A DNA stretch of 64,000 nucleotides from contig JBBQBB010000009.1 in assembly GCA_038317095.1 (NCBI GenBank), forward strand, positions 4,956 through 68,955, read 5' to 3'. How positions within the stretch are numbered: position 1 is the stretch's first letter; each line of letters starts with the position of its first letter. Positions 35,699 to 46,667 of this stretch are shown in pieces. The position numbers were made by a program, and so were the translations under genes. The notes below the pieces were generated by a model. That model saw only the letters and a program-made list of their open reading frames with translations. It was not told the DNA's origin and made no database searches. Origin of the DNA: Bacteroidia bacterium (GTDB lineage: Bacteria; Bacteroidota; Bacteroidia; NS11-12g; UBA955).

Positions 35699-36706
35699 TT
35701 AAAATTCAGGACACTTTAAAGGTTTAAACGGTTTCATGCCTGGAGGAACGCACCAATCAATGGTTGCGCTTATTTCGTGGCTTGATGGTATGGCACTTCT
35801 GCCGTCACTTACAGTGAAATCATAGCTATATCCAAATTTAAAACGATCTTTTCTAAAGCCTATTAACATAATAATTGCATCGGAATTTTTGTATTGGCCA
35901 AATGTTTGACGGAACCACAAACCACTAACCAAAGGACCTTTGTTGGCATAAAAACCCAGATTTAATTGGGTAAAGTTGCGTTGCATCATAAACAATGCAT
36001 TTGGTGATATGCTTGAATTATCAAACCTGTTTCTTGGATTCAAAGGAATTACAGCACCCGTGTGAATGGTATAACGGCGGGGTAATACCTCATCCGGATT
36101 TTGGTAAAAACTCCAGTTTGGTTCAATTACGTTGTGCGCTGCAAAGCCTACATAAAATTTCGAAGAATACATAATCCAACCTGCATTAAAATTTGGATAG
36201 GTTATGCTATTTGCCGGTTTTTGCTCCCCCGTGGGTAACACAAAACCCTGCGTAGGTAAAATTTGGTCTCCAAACTTTAATCTGTTAAAGTTAAGGGACT
36301 TGTTCGTTACGGAACCTTGCAAGCCAAAGCGCATAAACAATTTACCCTTTTTCAAAGGCAATAAGTAACTATAAACGCCACTGATAGTATTGGTTGTCAA
36401 TAGACCAGAACCTGCAACATCGCTGAAAAAACTGGCACCCAAGCCCCCACCGATACTTGGAATATGCTGGTCCCAGGATGCGCCAAAACTTCTAAAGGTT
36501 CCTGGAAGGCCTGGCCATTGGTTTCTGTAATTTAAAGCTACCCTACCCGCTGCACCATAATTACATACTGCAGTACCTGCCATCGCTGGATTGGTATAAA
36601 CGGGGGATGCGTAAAACTGCGACAGTTCTGGGTCTTGCGCATTTACGCGACTTGAATAGAACCCTGAAACTAGAACACCTGCTGCTAACAGTATATTTTT
36701 CCTCAT
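35699..36706 (-). CDS. T9SS PorP/SprF-family membrane protein
   Basis: AQDPELSQFY..NPA, NYRNQWP, GYSYDFT, SHEIS. Start set at MRKN because a TAACTTTG promoter sits at 36718-36725. Confidence 0.92.
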   Translation of the reverse strand: MRKNILLAAGVLVSGFYSSRVNAQDPELSQFYASPVYTNPAMAGTAVCNYGAAGRVALNYRNQWPGLPGTFRSFGASWDQHIPSIGGGLGASFFSDVAGSGLLTTNTISGVYSYLLPLKKGKLFMRFGLQGSVTNKSLNFNRLKFGDQILPTQGFVLPTGEQKPANSITYPNFNAGWIMYSSKFYVGFAAHNVIEPNWSFYQNPDEVLPRRYTIHTGAVIPLNPRNRFDNSSISPNALFMMQRNFTQLNLGFYANKGPLVSGLWFRQTFGQYKNSDAIIMLIGFRKDRFKFGYSYDFTVSDGRSAIPSSHEISATIDWCVPPGMKPFKPLKCPEF

Positions 36707-36858
36707 ACTATATCTGACAAAGTTACAAAGTAAAACGTTTTCTCGCACAAAAAATTTTTATTAAAATACTTTTTTTTACATTTCTGTGGATTAACCCTGA
36801 CAATATTTACCGAAATTTGCAGTTATAAGGTTCTAAAGTAATAAAATCATCTATAAAT

Positions 36859-39800
36859 ATGCGGTATTTACTCTCGATTTGTCTTTTTGTTTTTGGCAAC
36901 TTATATAGTTCAGCCCAAAGTCCCATAGCCTCAGGTTTTTGGGTAAAAGTAAAAATAAGCCGCGAAGGTGTTTATCGCGTAAATTATCAAGATTTGAAAA
37001 ATGCTGGATTTAGTGTATCCACCTTGGACCCAAGGAAAATTCAGTTGCGGGGACATCAAGGTGCCATGTTGCCTGAGTCGAATTTAAACCGGCAAACAGG
37101 TTTGCCCGAAATACCGATTTGGATTGAAGGCGAAAGCGATGGCATTTTTAATCCGTCGGATTTTATACTTTTTTATGGTGGCATAACCACCAAATGGATA
37201 TTAGCCAATGGCAATAGCTGGACCCACGTAGGTCATGATTATGAAAATACAAGCTGGTTATATTTAGGTTTGAGCAATGTAAATGGAATGCGGGTAAAAA
37301 CTTTACCTGAAGCTAGCCAACCGGTTGTCCAAGTAGTTACCAAAACCGATTATGTTTTCTCCCATGATAGTGATATGGTAAATCCGGTGGCTATGGGTAG
37401 AACCTGGTTGGGAGAAAAAATGGGGAATGAAACACTAAAACGTAGTTTTCTGTATACACTTCCGGTACTAAGTGATGATTCTGCTTTTGTAAATATAGGA
37501 TATGCTTCTGCTATGTTTGATGGCAATGGTACATTTATTACTACCATAAATGGGTTCAAAAAAACTTACAGTTGTAACCCTATCAATACCGATGCTCAAG
37601 AATTTGATTTGGGCAACGGCCGAAATTCATACCCAACGAATGGCGGAAGTTTAAATATTGGTTTGGAGTTGGTTCGACCAAATTCTAAATGTGCCGCTTG
37701 GCTAAATTATATAGAAATCAATTGTGCCAGGAAAATTAGGGTAGACGATCAACCTATTATAATAAGGAATAAAGTATTGTATAACCATAAGCCAAGTCGA
37801 ATAGACATGGAAGGTAATTTCAATCTGCGGGTTTGGGGAATTTCAAACGAAAAGAACCCTACCGAATACTTAGTAAGGTCAGAACCAACGGTAAAAGAGT
37901 ATTTTCAAACCGACAGTGCAACCAAAGATTTTTCTTTTGTGGCCTTCAATGCAGATAAGTGTTACCCAGTTGTTTTTGATGGAAAAATAGCCAATGCGGA
38001 TATAATTGCGGGAAATCCAATACAATTTCTAATCATTTCCCATCCAGATTTTATAGAAGCCGCAGAAAAGTTGGCAACATTTCGCAAGTTGAATGATGGA
38101 TATTCTACAAAAGTGGTTACACCCCAAAGTATTTTCAACGCCTACAACTGTGGCATGCAGGATATAGTGGCCATTAGGGATTATATTAGAGATGAATACA
38201 ATAAGTCTAAATCCAAAGGTACAGAATTGGGATATGTTTTATTGATTGGGGCAAGTTCGTACGATTTCAAAAACCGAATTGTCGCCAATACCAACAAAAT
38301 TCCCATTTATGAAGACTATTCGTATTACAAAACATCTACCTTTTGTCTAGACGATTTCTATGGATATTTGGATAGCAATATGGGTCGCCCGGCAATAGAT
38401 CCCAACAAGTTGGGGCTATCTATCGGTCGCATTCCTGCAAGAACCAAAGAGGATGCGAATGCCATGGTTGAAAAACTGATTCGATATTATTCGCCAAAAT
38501 CATTGGGCCCATGGCGTTCCGAACTGACATTCGTTTGCGATGATGTAGACAACAATTGGGAAAAGTTGTTTGTTGCCGAATCTGAACAATATGCTTCAGC
38601 CATCGCAGCTGTCCATCCAGATTTGCAAGTGAATAAAATTTACGCCGATGCGTATAAACAAGTTAGCAATGGCAATACTGAACAATACCCAGAAGTAACT
38701 TCTGCAATTACCAAAAGTATCAATAGTGGTTCATTGTTTCTAAATTACCAAGGGCATGGCGGGGAAAAAGGATGGGCACAAGAGGAAATATTGACTGTTC
38801 CCGTAATTAATGGATGGAAAAACACCTGGAATATGCCTGTATTGTTTACAGCCACATGCGAATTTGGTAGGTATGACAACCCTGCGTTGGTTAGTGGTGG
38901 TGAATTGGCCCTGTTAAACCCGGATGGTGGCGCGGTTGCATTGATGACAACCACGAGATTGGTTTACGTTTCTGGGAATTCACAAATCAACAGTGATTTC
39001 TGGACCAATTATGGATTTCCAAAACCGAATGAACCCGTCCCTACCATTGGAGACTTGTTTAAGCGCATGAAGAATAGACCCACAATCACATCCGAGGATA
39101 ATAAGTTTGCCTTACTTGGCGATCCTAGTATGCGCTTGGCTTTTCCTGTTCACTCAGTTGTGATTGATTCTATCAATGGAAAAACCGAGGGTTCCTTCGT
39201 AGATACTTTAAAAGCATTTTCAATTGTAAGAATGAAAGGCCATATCCATGAAAGGCTTGGAAGTAAATTTTCTACTTTTAATGGACAGCTATGGGTGAAG
39301 GTCTTGGATAAGCCAACAACCAAATACACCTTAGACAATGATAAGGTGAATGCCAAGTTGGCTTTTAAGGACCAAACCAGCACTATATATAAAGGCATAG
39401 TATCGGTTTCAAATGGCGATTTTTCTATCGTGTTTTCTATACCCAAGGACATTGCATACAATGTTGGCTTAGGCAAAATTCTCCTGTATGCGCATAATGG
39501 CGCGACAGATGCTAGTGGCGCTAGAAATTTGTTAATAGGCAGCAGTGAACTAAATTATGCACCAGACTTTACAGGTCCTTTGGTTAAATTATTCATGAAT
39601 GATACCACTTTTAAATTTGGCGCAGAGGTTTTGTCAAACGCCGTATTTCTAGCCCAAATAAAGGATCTGAGTGGAATTAATGCAACAGGCGCGGGCATAG
39701 GGCGAGATATGGTTGTGGTTTTAGACAAAGGTTCTGCCCAAGAAAAAAGCTATATTTTGAATGAGTTTTTCAGTTATGACCTAAACTCATATACCAGTGG

Positions 39801-40230
39801 AAAGGTTTCTTTTCCTATGCAAGGATTAGCAGTTGGAAAACACCAACTGACTTTTAAAATTTGGGATATTCACAATAACAGCGCAGAGGGCACTCTAGAA
39901 TTTGTGGTTGCGGATGAAAATGAGTTGAATGTTACATACCAGAATGTGTTTCCAAATCCATTTACATCAGAAGTTACCTTGTTGTTCGAACACAATAAAG
40001 CTGGCCACAATTTGCAAGCGGATTTGGAAATTTATAACAACAGTGGAATGGTGCAATACAAACACACGTTTGAACTTAACCAAGCAACATCTAGGGAAAG
40101 CCGCGTGCAATGGGATGGGAGATCTAGCGGTGGAGCACCCTTTCCTAATGGATTCTATATGTATCAAATTTTTCTGAAAGCGGATGATGGCAGCCAAACG
40201 ATTGTTCGAGGAAAAATGATCAAAATCTGA
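36859..40230 (+). CDS. porU: T9SS sortase PorU (C25 peptidase)
   Basis: WVKVKISREGVYRV, DDFYG, GRIP, NYQGHG, TATC, LLGDPS, C-terminal T9SS CTD; adjacent to porV. Confidence 0.93.
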   Translation: MRYLLSICLFVFGNLYSSAQSPIASGFWVKVKISREGVYRVNYQDLKNAGFSVSTLDPRKIQLRGHQGAMLPESNLNRQTGLPEIPIWIEGESDGIFNPSDFILFYGGITTKWILANGNSWTHVGHDYENTSWLYLGLSNVNGMRVKTLPEASQPVVQVVTKTDYVFSHDSDMVNPVAMGRTWLGEKMGNETLKRSFLYTLPVLSDDSAFVNIGYASAMFDGNGTFITTINGFKKTYSCNPINTDAQEFDLGNGRNSYPTNGGSLNIGLELVRPNSKCAAWLNYIEINCARKIRVDDQPIIIRNKVLYNHKPSRIDMEGNFNLRVWGISNEKNPTEYLVRSEPTVKEYFQTDSATKDFSFVAFNADKCYPVVFDGKIANADIIAGNPIQFLIISHPDFIEAAEKLATFRKLNDGYSTKVVTPQSIFNAYNCGMQDIVAIRDYIRDEYNKSKSKGTELGYVLLIGASSYDFKNRIVANTNKIPIYEDYSYYKTSTFCLDDFYGYLDSNMGRPAIDPNKLGLSIGRIPARTKEDANAMVEKLIRYYSPKSLGPWRSELTFVCDDVDNNWEKLFVAESEQYASAIAAVHPDLQVNKIYADAYKQVSNGNTEQYPEVTSAITKSINSGSLFLNYQGHGGEKGWAQEEILTVPVINGWKNTWNMPVLFTATCEFGRYDNPALVSGGELALLNPDGGAVALMTTTRLVYVSGNSQINSDFWTNYGFPKPNEPVPTIGDLFKRMKNRPTITSEDNKFALLGDPSMRLAFPVHSVVIDSINGKTEGSFVDTLKAFSIVRMKGHIHERLGSKFSTFNGQLWVKVLDKPTTKYTLDNDKVNAKLAFKDQTSTIYKGIVSVSNGDFSIVFSIPKDIAYNVGLGKILLYAHNGATDASGARNLLIGSSELNYAPDFTGPLVKLFMNDTTFKFGAEVLSNAVFLAQIKDLSGINATGAGIGRDMVVVLDKGSAQEKSYILNEFFSYDLNSYTSGKVSFPMQGLAVGKHQLTFKIWDIHNNSAEGTLEFVVADENELNVTYQNVFPNPFTSEVTLLFEHNKAGHNLQADLEIYNNSGMVQYKHTFELNQATSRESRVQWDGRSSGGAPFPNGFYMYQIFLKADDGSQTIVRGKMIKI

Positions 40231-40360
40231 CAGAACCTCTTATATAAAAACAACGGTAAATATCGTTTAGTTGACAATGTTTAATAAAATGAAACTTCAA
40301 GAGTTTAATAAACTTCATAGATTTAACTTGGTAAATCCTATTTTTGCAGCAACCAAATAC

Positions 40361-41578
40361 ATGAAAATAGGTATTTCAGCAATTTTTTCGATATGCACAA
40401 TTCTGTGCGTTCAAATGGCTTACTCTCAAACCAAACCGGTATCTTCTAAAGATCTTGCGGGTCAGTTAAATGTAGTAACCACTATGGTTCCATTCGTTAC
40501 CATTACCCCGGATAGCCGTTCAGCGGCATTAGGAGACGCTGGTGTTGCATTGTTTTCGCCCGATGCCAACAGCGTGGCTTGGAACATGTCAAATCTGGTA
40601 AATGCAGATAAAAAAACAGGATTTAGTATGAGTTATGCTCCATGGTTGCGGAATTTGGTGCCAGATGTTGGATTTTCATATCTTTCTGGGTATTCGAAGA
40701 TTGGAAAAAACAGCGCAGTTGGAGGAGCCATACGTTATTTTTCTTTAGGGAACATCAATTTTACGGATTTTGATGGCAATCCAACTGGTAATTTTAACCC
40801 AAATGAGTTTTCCGCAGAAGGTGGATATGCTATAAGGTTCAATAAAAAATTCTCTATGGGTGTGAATCTCCGTTTTATCTATTCAAATATTGCCGGAAAT
40901 AGGGTTTTGAATGGGATTTCAACCAAACCTGGCACAAGTGCTGCTGGGGATATAAACCTTACTTACAAAACCAAAATTAAAATTCAAGGCAAAGAATCTG
41001 ATTTTAAATTTGGTGCGAACATTCAAAACATAGGCAGTAAAATGACCTATACCACCAAGGAGCAACGTGATTTTATTCCGACCAATTTGAAAATTGGTGT
41101 AGGCTGGAAGTATGAGGTAGATAAGTACAATAAAGTGGGTTTTTATGCGGATGTTAATAAACTATTGGTACCTACCCGTCCTAAATTTTTGTTAAACTCC
41201 CAAGGTGGAGATAGTTTAAATAGCAATGGCGGCCGTGTAGTTGAATTTGGCAAAAACACGGATGTGTCACCTGTCCAAGGCATGATTCAATCGTTTTATG
41301 ATTCTCCTGGTGGATTCACAGAAGAATTGAAAGAATACAATTTGTCTTTCGGTGCAGAATATTGGTATTTAGAAAAATTTGCAGCGCGCGGAGGTTTGTT
41401 TTATGAAAACAAAACTAAGGGAGGAAGGCAATATGCCACTTTTGGATTGGGTATCAAAATGGAGAAAATTGCGGTAGACGTGGGTATACTTTTCCCTTTT
41501 TTCAAACAGCATCCCTTGGCCAATCAGTTGAGATTCTCACTGTTGTTTGATATCGGTGCAATGGCTGATGATAATTGA
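40361..41578 (+). CDS. porV: T9SS outer-membrane protein PorV
   Basis: VTTMVPFVTITPDSRSAALGD, SYAPWL, HPLANQLRFSL. Start set by the TATTTTTG promoter at 40339-40346. Confidence 0.93.
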   Translation: MKIGISAIFSICTILCVQMAYSQTKPVSSKDLAGQLNVVTTMVPFVTITPDSRSAALGDAGVALFSPDANSVAWNMSNLVNADKKTGFSMSYAPWLRNLVPDVGFSYLSGYSKIGKNSAVGGAIRYFSLGNINFTDFDGNPTGNFNPNEFSAEGGYAIRFNKKFSMGVNLRFIYSNIAGNRVLNGISTKPGTSAAGDINLTYKTKIKIQGKESDFKFGANIQNIGSKMTYTTKEQRDFIPTNLKIGVGWKYEVDKYNKVGFYADVNKLLVPTRPKFLLNSQGGDSLNSNGGRVVEFGKNTDVSPVQGMIQSFYDSPGGFTEELKEYNLSFGAEYWYLEKFAARGGLFYENKTKGGRQYATFGLGIKMEKIAVDVGILFPFFKQHPLANQLRFSLLFDIGAMADDN

Positions 41579-41600
41579 GATAATTTTTTTTTAAAAAATT

Positions 41601-41631
41601 AAAACCCTGTGCGCAACCATGGGGTTTTTTT
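41601..41631 (+). terminator. Intrinsic terminator
   Basis: AAAACCCTGTG-cgcaac-CATGGGGTTTTTTT. Confidence 0.7.
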
Positions 41632-41660
41632 ATGCCCAGATGGTTTTACATTTGCAGCCA

Positions 41661-43202
41661 ATGTTAGACCCAAGAGAAGTGTTATCACAAAAACGTGAAG
41701 AGTCACAATTAGGCGGCGGTGCAAAACGCATTGAATCACAGCATTCTAAAGGAAAATTAACAGCCCGCGAAAGAATTAATTTGTTGATAGATGAGGGAAC
41801 TTTTTCCGAAATTGGAGCATTTGTAACCCATAGAAGTAAAGATTTTGGCATGGAAAACCAACAATTTCTCGGGGATGGTGTTGTAACTGGGTATGGTAAC
41901 GTAAATGGCAGATTGGTTTATGTTTTCTCTCAAGATTTTACCGTTTTTGGTGGGTCTTTAAGCGAAACGCATGCTGAAAAAATTTGTAAAATAATGGATA
42001 TGGCACTAGAAAATGGGGCCCCTTTAATTGGTTTGAACGACAGCGGTGGCGCCAGAATTCAAGAAGGCGTCGTAAGTTTGGGTGGTTATGCCGATATTTT
42101 TTATCGCAACGTTCAAACAAGTGGAGTGGTTCCGCAAATTTCAGCCATCATGGGGCCATGCGCAGGGGGGGCGGTTTACAGCCCTGCACTCACTGATTTT
42201 ATTTTCATGGTGGAAAAAACATCTTATATGTTTGTTACTGGACCCAATGTTGTAAAAACCGTTACAAATGAGGATGTAAGCAGCGAAGCCTTAGGTGGAG
42301 CCTCTGTTCATAGTCAAAAAAGCGGTGTAGCCCATTTTTCATCGGCGAATGAAGTGGTTTGCATTCAAAATATTAGACAATTGCTGAGCTACATGCCTCA
42401 AAATTGCGAAGATCGTCCACCGATGGTTGTTTATCACGAGGGCAATGAAATAAGGGAAGCATTAAAGGGTGTAGTGCCACAAAATGCAAATCAACCTTAT
42501 GATATGCATGAAATTATCGACAATCTTATAGACACGGATAGTTTTATGGAAGTGCACAAGCATTTTGCAGAAAATATGATAGTAGGTTTTGCCAGGTTGG
42601 CTGGCAGAAGTATAGGAATCGTTGCCAATCAGCCAGCTCATTTGGCGGGAGTATTGGACGTACATAGCAGCCAAAAAGGCGCGCGTTTTGTGCGTTTTTG
42701 CGATGCTTTTAATATTCCATTGCTTGTGCTAGAAGATGTACCCGGTTTTCTGCCAGGTACAGATCAAGAATGGAATGCCATCATTACAAATGGTGCAAAA
42801 TTATTGTATGCTTTTAGTGAAGCAACAGTTCCACGCATTACTGTAATTACAAGAAAAGCTTATGGGGGTGCCTACGACGTGATGAATAGCAAACATATTG
42901 GGGCAGATTTGAATTATGCTTGGCCAACGGCAGAAATTGCGGTAATGGGAGCAAAAGGGGCCGCTGAAATTATATTCAAACGCGAAATAGATTTAGCAGA
43001 TGACAAAACAATGGCCCTGAAAATGAAGGAACAAGAGTATTCGGAAATTTTTGCCAATCCATACAGGGCAGCTGAAAGAGGATTTGTGGATGAAGTTATT
43101 TTTCCAGAGGAAACCCGTAAAAAACTGATTGGTGCTTATGCCATGCTTGAAAATAAGGTTAGAAATTTGCCACGCAAGAAACACGGAAATATACCGTTAT
43201 AA
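41661..43202 (+). CDS. pccB: Acyl-CoA (propionyl/methylmalonyl-CoA) carboxylase beta subunit
   Basis: [49 protein letters not shown]; TACATTTG promoter at 41647. Confidence 0.92.
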   Translation: MLDPREVLSQKREESQLGGGAKRIESQHSKGKLTARERINLLIDEGTFSEIGAFVTHRSKDFGMENQQFLGDGVVTGYGNVNGRLVYVFSQDFTVFGGSLSETHAEKICKIMDMALENGAPLIGLNDSGGARIQEGVVSLGGYADIFYRNVQTSGVVPQISAIMGPCAGGAVYSPALTDFIFMVEKTSYMFVTGPNVVKTVTNEDVSSEALGGASVHSQKSGVAHFSSANEVVCIQNIRQLLSYMPQNCEDRPPMVVYHEGNEIREALKGVVPQNANQPYDMHEIIDNLIDTDSFMEVHKHFAENMIVGFARLAGRSIGIVANQPAHLAGVLDVHSSQKGARFVRFCDAFNIPLLVLEDVPGFLPGTDQEWNAIITNGAKLLYAFSEATVPRITVITRKAYGGAYDVMNSKHIGADLNYAWPTAEIAVMGAKGAAEIIFKREIDLADDKTMALKMKEQEYSEIFANPYRAAERGFVDEVIFPEETRKKLIGAYAMLENKVRNLPRKKHGNIPL

Positions 43203-43251
43203 GATTGGTATGGCAATTGTGATTTAAAGATTGTAACATGCTATTTAAATT

Positions 43252-43953
43252 ATGAAAAACAGTATTTTAGGCCTTATGTTTTTGTGCAGTTTAAGTTGCA
43301 GTGCCCGCGGAGGCCCTCGTTTAGGGATGCCTTATAAATCTGGAGATTGGGACAACGATGTACCAGGTTTTACCCAAGGCAAGTTCTATTTTTCTGCCGG
43401 TATTGGAACTGTGAATTTAAATTATGTGCTTGCTTCTAAACTAAAAAATTCCATTGCCCCGAATTGGAAACATGTAACCATTGACAAAAGAAATACCTGG
43501 TATGGAAAAGCCGAGTACGCAATTACACCCCATTTGGGTTTGGGTTTAGATCTGGCTTATAGCGGATTAGATGTGAATGTAAGTATGGATAGTGTAACAA
43601 GCCTAAATATACCCATTTCTGGCAAACTAAGCTATAGAACTTGGAGTGCTTTGGCGCGGGTCAATTATCATATTTTAGAAGAAAACAATTTTGACTTTTA
43701 TTTGGGATTGGGCATTGGATATAGAGCAAATAATCTATCTGTAACGAGCAATGATACCAAAACGGATCGTTGGAATTTTCCGGTAGATTTGGGTTTTATT
43801 ACCAAGAGAATTCCGCACACATTGCGTGTGCCAACCATAGGTGGCGATTTAACACTGGGCATGCGCTACCATATATTGCCACCGGTGGCTATTTATGCAG
43901 AATTAGGCCTGGCAAAAACATTTTTGCAGGTAGGCGTAACAGTGAGAATTTGA
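43252..43953 (+). CDS. Small outer-membrane beta-barrel protein
   Basis: Signal peptide; amphipathic strands RVNYH..DFYLGLGIGY and IYAELG..QVGVTVRI. Confidence 0.8.
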   Translation: MKNSILGLMFLCSLSCSARGGPRLGMPYKSGDWDNDVPGFTQGKFYFSAGIGTVNLNYVLASKLKNSIAPNWKHVTIDKRNTWYGKAEYAITPHLGLGLDLAYSGLDVNVSMDSVTSLNIPISGKLSYRTWSALARVNYHILEENNFDFYLGLGIGYRANNLSVTSNDTKTDRWNFPVDLGFITKRIPHTLRVPTIGGDLTLGMRYHILPPVAIYAELGLAKTFLQVGVTVRI

Positions 43954-44078
43954 TAATTTGCAGGCGAAAAATGCAATAATTGCATTAAAAATACAAAATA
44001 ATTGCCTTTTTTTAACAAAAAGCACCACAAATTGATGTTTTTTGCATTTTCTTTGCCCCCCATCAAAAAACATAAATT

Positions 44079-44552
44079 ATGGATTTAAAGGAAATACAAG
44101 CATTGATAAAATTTGTGTCTATCAATGAAGTGGATGAAGTAGAAATCAATCGCAAAGATTTTAAACTGGTAATTAAAAAAAATCCAGTACAATATGCTAC
44201 CCCTATGGCTATGCCTCAAATGGTTAGTGTATCTGCACCTGCAGCGCCCGCACAAATTGCCGCTGCACCTGCGGTTTCTGAACCTGCAGCATCAGAACCC
44301 AAAGTTGACAATTCGCTTGCCATAAAATCGCCAATGGTTGGTACCTTTTATCGCAGCTCTGGCCCAGATTCAGCTGTATTTGTGAATGTTGGAGACGAGG
44401 TAAAAGCTGGACAAGTCGTTGGGATTATTGAAGCCATGAAACTGTTCAACGAAATTGAAAGTGAAGTAAGTGGACGCATTGTTAAGGTTATGGTTGAAAA
44501 TGCCAATCCTGTAGAATACGACCAGCCTCTGTTTCTTGTGGAGCCCATTTAA
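44079..44552 (+). CDS. accB: Biotin carboxyl carrier protein
   Basis: [18 protein letters not shown]. Confidence 0.97.
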   Translation: MDLKEIQALIKFVSINEVDEVEINRKDFKLVIKKNPVQYATPMAMPQMVSVSAPAAPAQIAAAPAVSEPAASEPKVDNSLAIKSPMVGTFYRSSGPDSAVFVNVGDEVKAGQVVGIIEAMKLFNEIESEVSGRIVKVMVENANPVEYDQPLFLVEPI

Positions 44553-44567
44553 ATCTACTCTTTTCAG

Positions 44568-45911
44568 ATGTTTAAAAAAGTATTAATTGCTAATCGCGGG
44601 GAAATTGCCTTACGGGTAATACGTACCTGCAAGGAAATGGGCATAAAAACCGTAGCTGTTTATTCAACCGCAGATGCTACAAGCTTGCACGTTCGTTTTG
44701 CAGATGAGGCAGTGTGTATAGGGCCTCCAGCAAGCAAAGAAAGTTACCTAAATATGCCTCGCATATTGGCTGCGGCAGAAGTTACCAATGCAGACGCAAT
44801 ACACCCGGGATATGGTTTTTTGAGTGAAAATTCGAAATTCAGTGCACTGTGTAGAGATCATGGAATCAAATTCATTGGAGCAACACCAGAGCAAATAGAT
44901 TCTATGGGAGATAAAAGCAATGCCAAAGATACCATGAAAAGAGCTGGTGTGCCGACCATTCCTGGTTCTGAAGGATTGCTTGAAAGTTTTGAGCAAGGAA
45001 AAATTATTGCGGCAGAAATTGGTTACCCTGTCATCATGAAAGCGACTGCAGGTGGCGGTGGAAAAGGGATGCGTGTGGTTTGGAAAGTGGAAGAAATAGA
45101 AGGAGCATGGAATAGCGCCAAGCAGGAAGCCGCGGCCTCTTTTGGGAACGATGGCTTGTATATGGAAAAATACATAGAAGAGCCGCGCCATATAGAAATC
45201 CAAATTGCAGGCGATCAATACGGCAAAGTTTGCCATATGAGTGAACGCGATTGTTCTATTCAACGCAGACACCAAAAATTACTTGAAGAAACACCGAGCC
45301 CATTTATGACCGACGAACTTCGCGAAAGAATGGGTGTAGCTGCCAAAGCGGCTGCTGAGATTATCAAATATGAAGGTGTGGGCACTGTAGAATTTTTGGT
45401 AGACAAGCACAGAAATTTCTATTTTATGGAAATGAATACCCGCATTCAAGTTGAACATCCGGTAACTGAAGAAGTCATTAATTACGATTTGGTGAAAGAG
45501 CAAATTCTTATAGCTTCGGGCGTGCCTATTTCTGGCAAAGATTATTACCCTACCAAACATGCTATAGAATGTCGTGTAAATGCAGAAGACATATACAACA
45601 ACTTTAGACCTTGCCCAGGTAAAATTACGGTGTTACATAAGCCCGGTGGGCATGGAACGCGCGTAGATTCCCATATTTATGCGGGATATACCATTCCGCC
45701 GTATTATGATAGCATGATAGCCAAGCTAATCGTTTGTGCCCAAACTAGGGAAGAAGCGATTGTAAAAATGGAACGCGCCTTAGGCGAGTTTGTGATAGAA
45801 GGGGTTAAAACAACCATTCCTTTGCACCTGCAGCTGATGCAAGATCCGGAGTTTAGAAAAGGCAATTTTACAACAGCCTTTATGAACACCTTCGAAATAA
45901 AACATCCTTAA
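44568..45911 (+). CDS. accC: Biotin carboxylase
   Basis: [46 protein letters not shown]. Confidence 0.98.
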   Translation: MFKKVLIANRGEIALRVIRTCKEMGIKTVAVYSTADATSLHVRFADEAVCIGPPASKESYLNMPRILAAAEVTNADAIHPGYGFLSENSKFSALCRDHGIKFIGATPEQIDSMGDKSNAKDTMKRAGVPTIPGSEGLLESFEQGKIIAAEIGYPVIMKATAGGGGKGMRVVWKVEEIEGAWNSAKQEAAASFGNDGLYMEKYIEEPRHIEIQIAGDQYGKVCHMSERDCSIQRRHQKLLEETPSPFMTDELRERMGVAAKAAAEIIKYEGVGTVEFLVDKHRNFYFMEMNTRIQVEHPVTEEVINYDLVKEQILIASGVPISGKDYYPTKHAIECRVNAEDIYNNFRPCPGKITVLHKPGGHGTRVDSHIYAGYTIPPYYDSMIAKLIVCAQTREEAIVKMERALGEFVIEGVKTTIPLHLQLMQDPEFRKGNFTTAFMNTFEIKHP

Positions 45912-45920
45912 TAAAGTACA

Positions 45921-45953
45921 AAAGAAAAGCCCGGTTTACCGGGCTTTTCTTTT
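45921..45953. terminator. Bidirectional terminator
   Basis: AAAGAAAAGCCCGGT-tt-ACCGGGCTTTTCTTT. Confidence 0.85.
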
Positions 45954-46392
45954 ATTTTGCGAATTTGAAACCAGTTGCGTTGAAAAGCAATTTGATTTTT
46001 GGACTGGTGATTTTGTCAATTTCTTCTTGACTTTTATTGTCGTCTTTGGCCCAATCTTTTAATTTTTCTACACTGGTAGTGTCATAGGAAAAGCTGCCTT
46101 CTGCCATCGCCATTTTGCCCTTACAATCTTTTGGGATAGTGAATTTATGGTCGAAATCCACCATCACATCTCCATCTTTGGTTTTGTAGTTAAACCAACA
46201 ACCTTCGCTTTGGCAAACGGCAGAAATTTCACCTTTTACAATCTTTGATTTTGCATCGCCAGATTTAAAAGCAATAAGTGCCTCATCAATTGCAATGGCT
46301 TTGCTGACATCAAAGTCTGTTCCATATACTTTGCTTTCACTACACTGGGATAAAAGCATACAACTTACCAATCCTAAGAATATTTTTTTCAT
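45952..46392 (-). CDS. DUF4920-like lipoprotein
   Basis: Lipobox-like LSQC; VCQSEGCW, FTIPKD, SVEKLKDWAKD; TACATTTG promoter at 46397-46404. Confidence 0.8.
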   Translation of the reverse strand: MKKIFLGLVSCMLLSQCSESKVYGTDFDVSKAIAIDEALIAFKSGDAKSKIVKGEISAVCQSEGCWFNYKTKDGDVMVDFDHKFTIPKDCKGKMAMAEGSFSYDTTSVEKLKDWAKDDNKSQEEIDKITSPKIKLLFNATGFKFAK

Positions 46393-46489
46393 GGTTCAAA
46401 TGTAATCGAAAAATTTAAATTGAATATGGGATTCTGTTTAAATAAAATGGGAAAAAGGTTTTTTGGTGTTTGTTTGCTTTTTTGGGAGA

Positions 46490-46666
46490 AAAGAAAAAAA
46501 CAACTATCCTAAGTTATTATCGGAAATAGATGCATCCCATAGAGCTTCGGGCCTTTGTGGCAAAAAAAAAATAGTACGCAGGGGAGCAATCCTCTGCGTC
46601 CAGCCGCAGCGGTGGCGAGGGCGGACGTAAAGAAAAAAACAACGACGGAAAATTATTGTCGGCAAT
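46490..46666 (+). repeat. Imperfect 38-bp direct repeats flanking GC-rich hairpins
   Basis: 46490-46527 vs 46629-46666; internal hairpins with TTCG and GCAA loops. Confidence 0.55.
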
Positions 46667-46667
46667 C

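Noticed and set aside
34033-41578. gldJ-porP-porU-porV as a novel system
   Set aside because: These are well-known T9SS/gliding components in a familiar arrangement.
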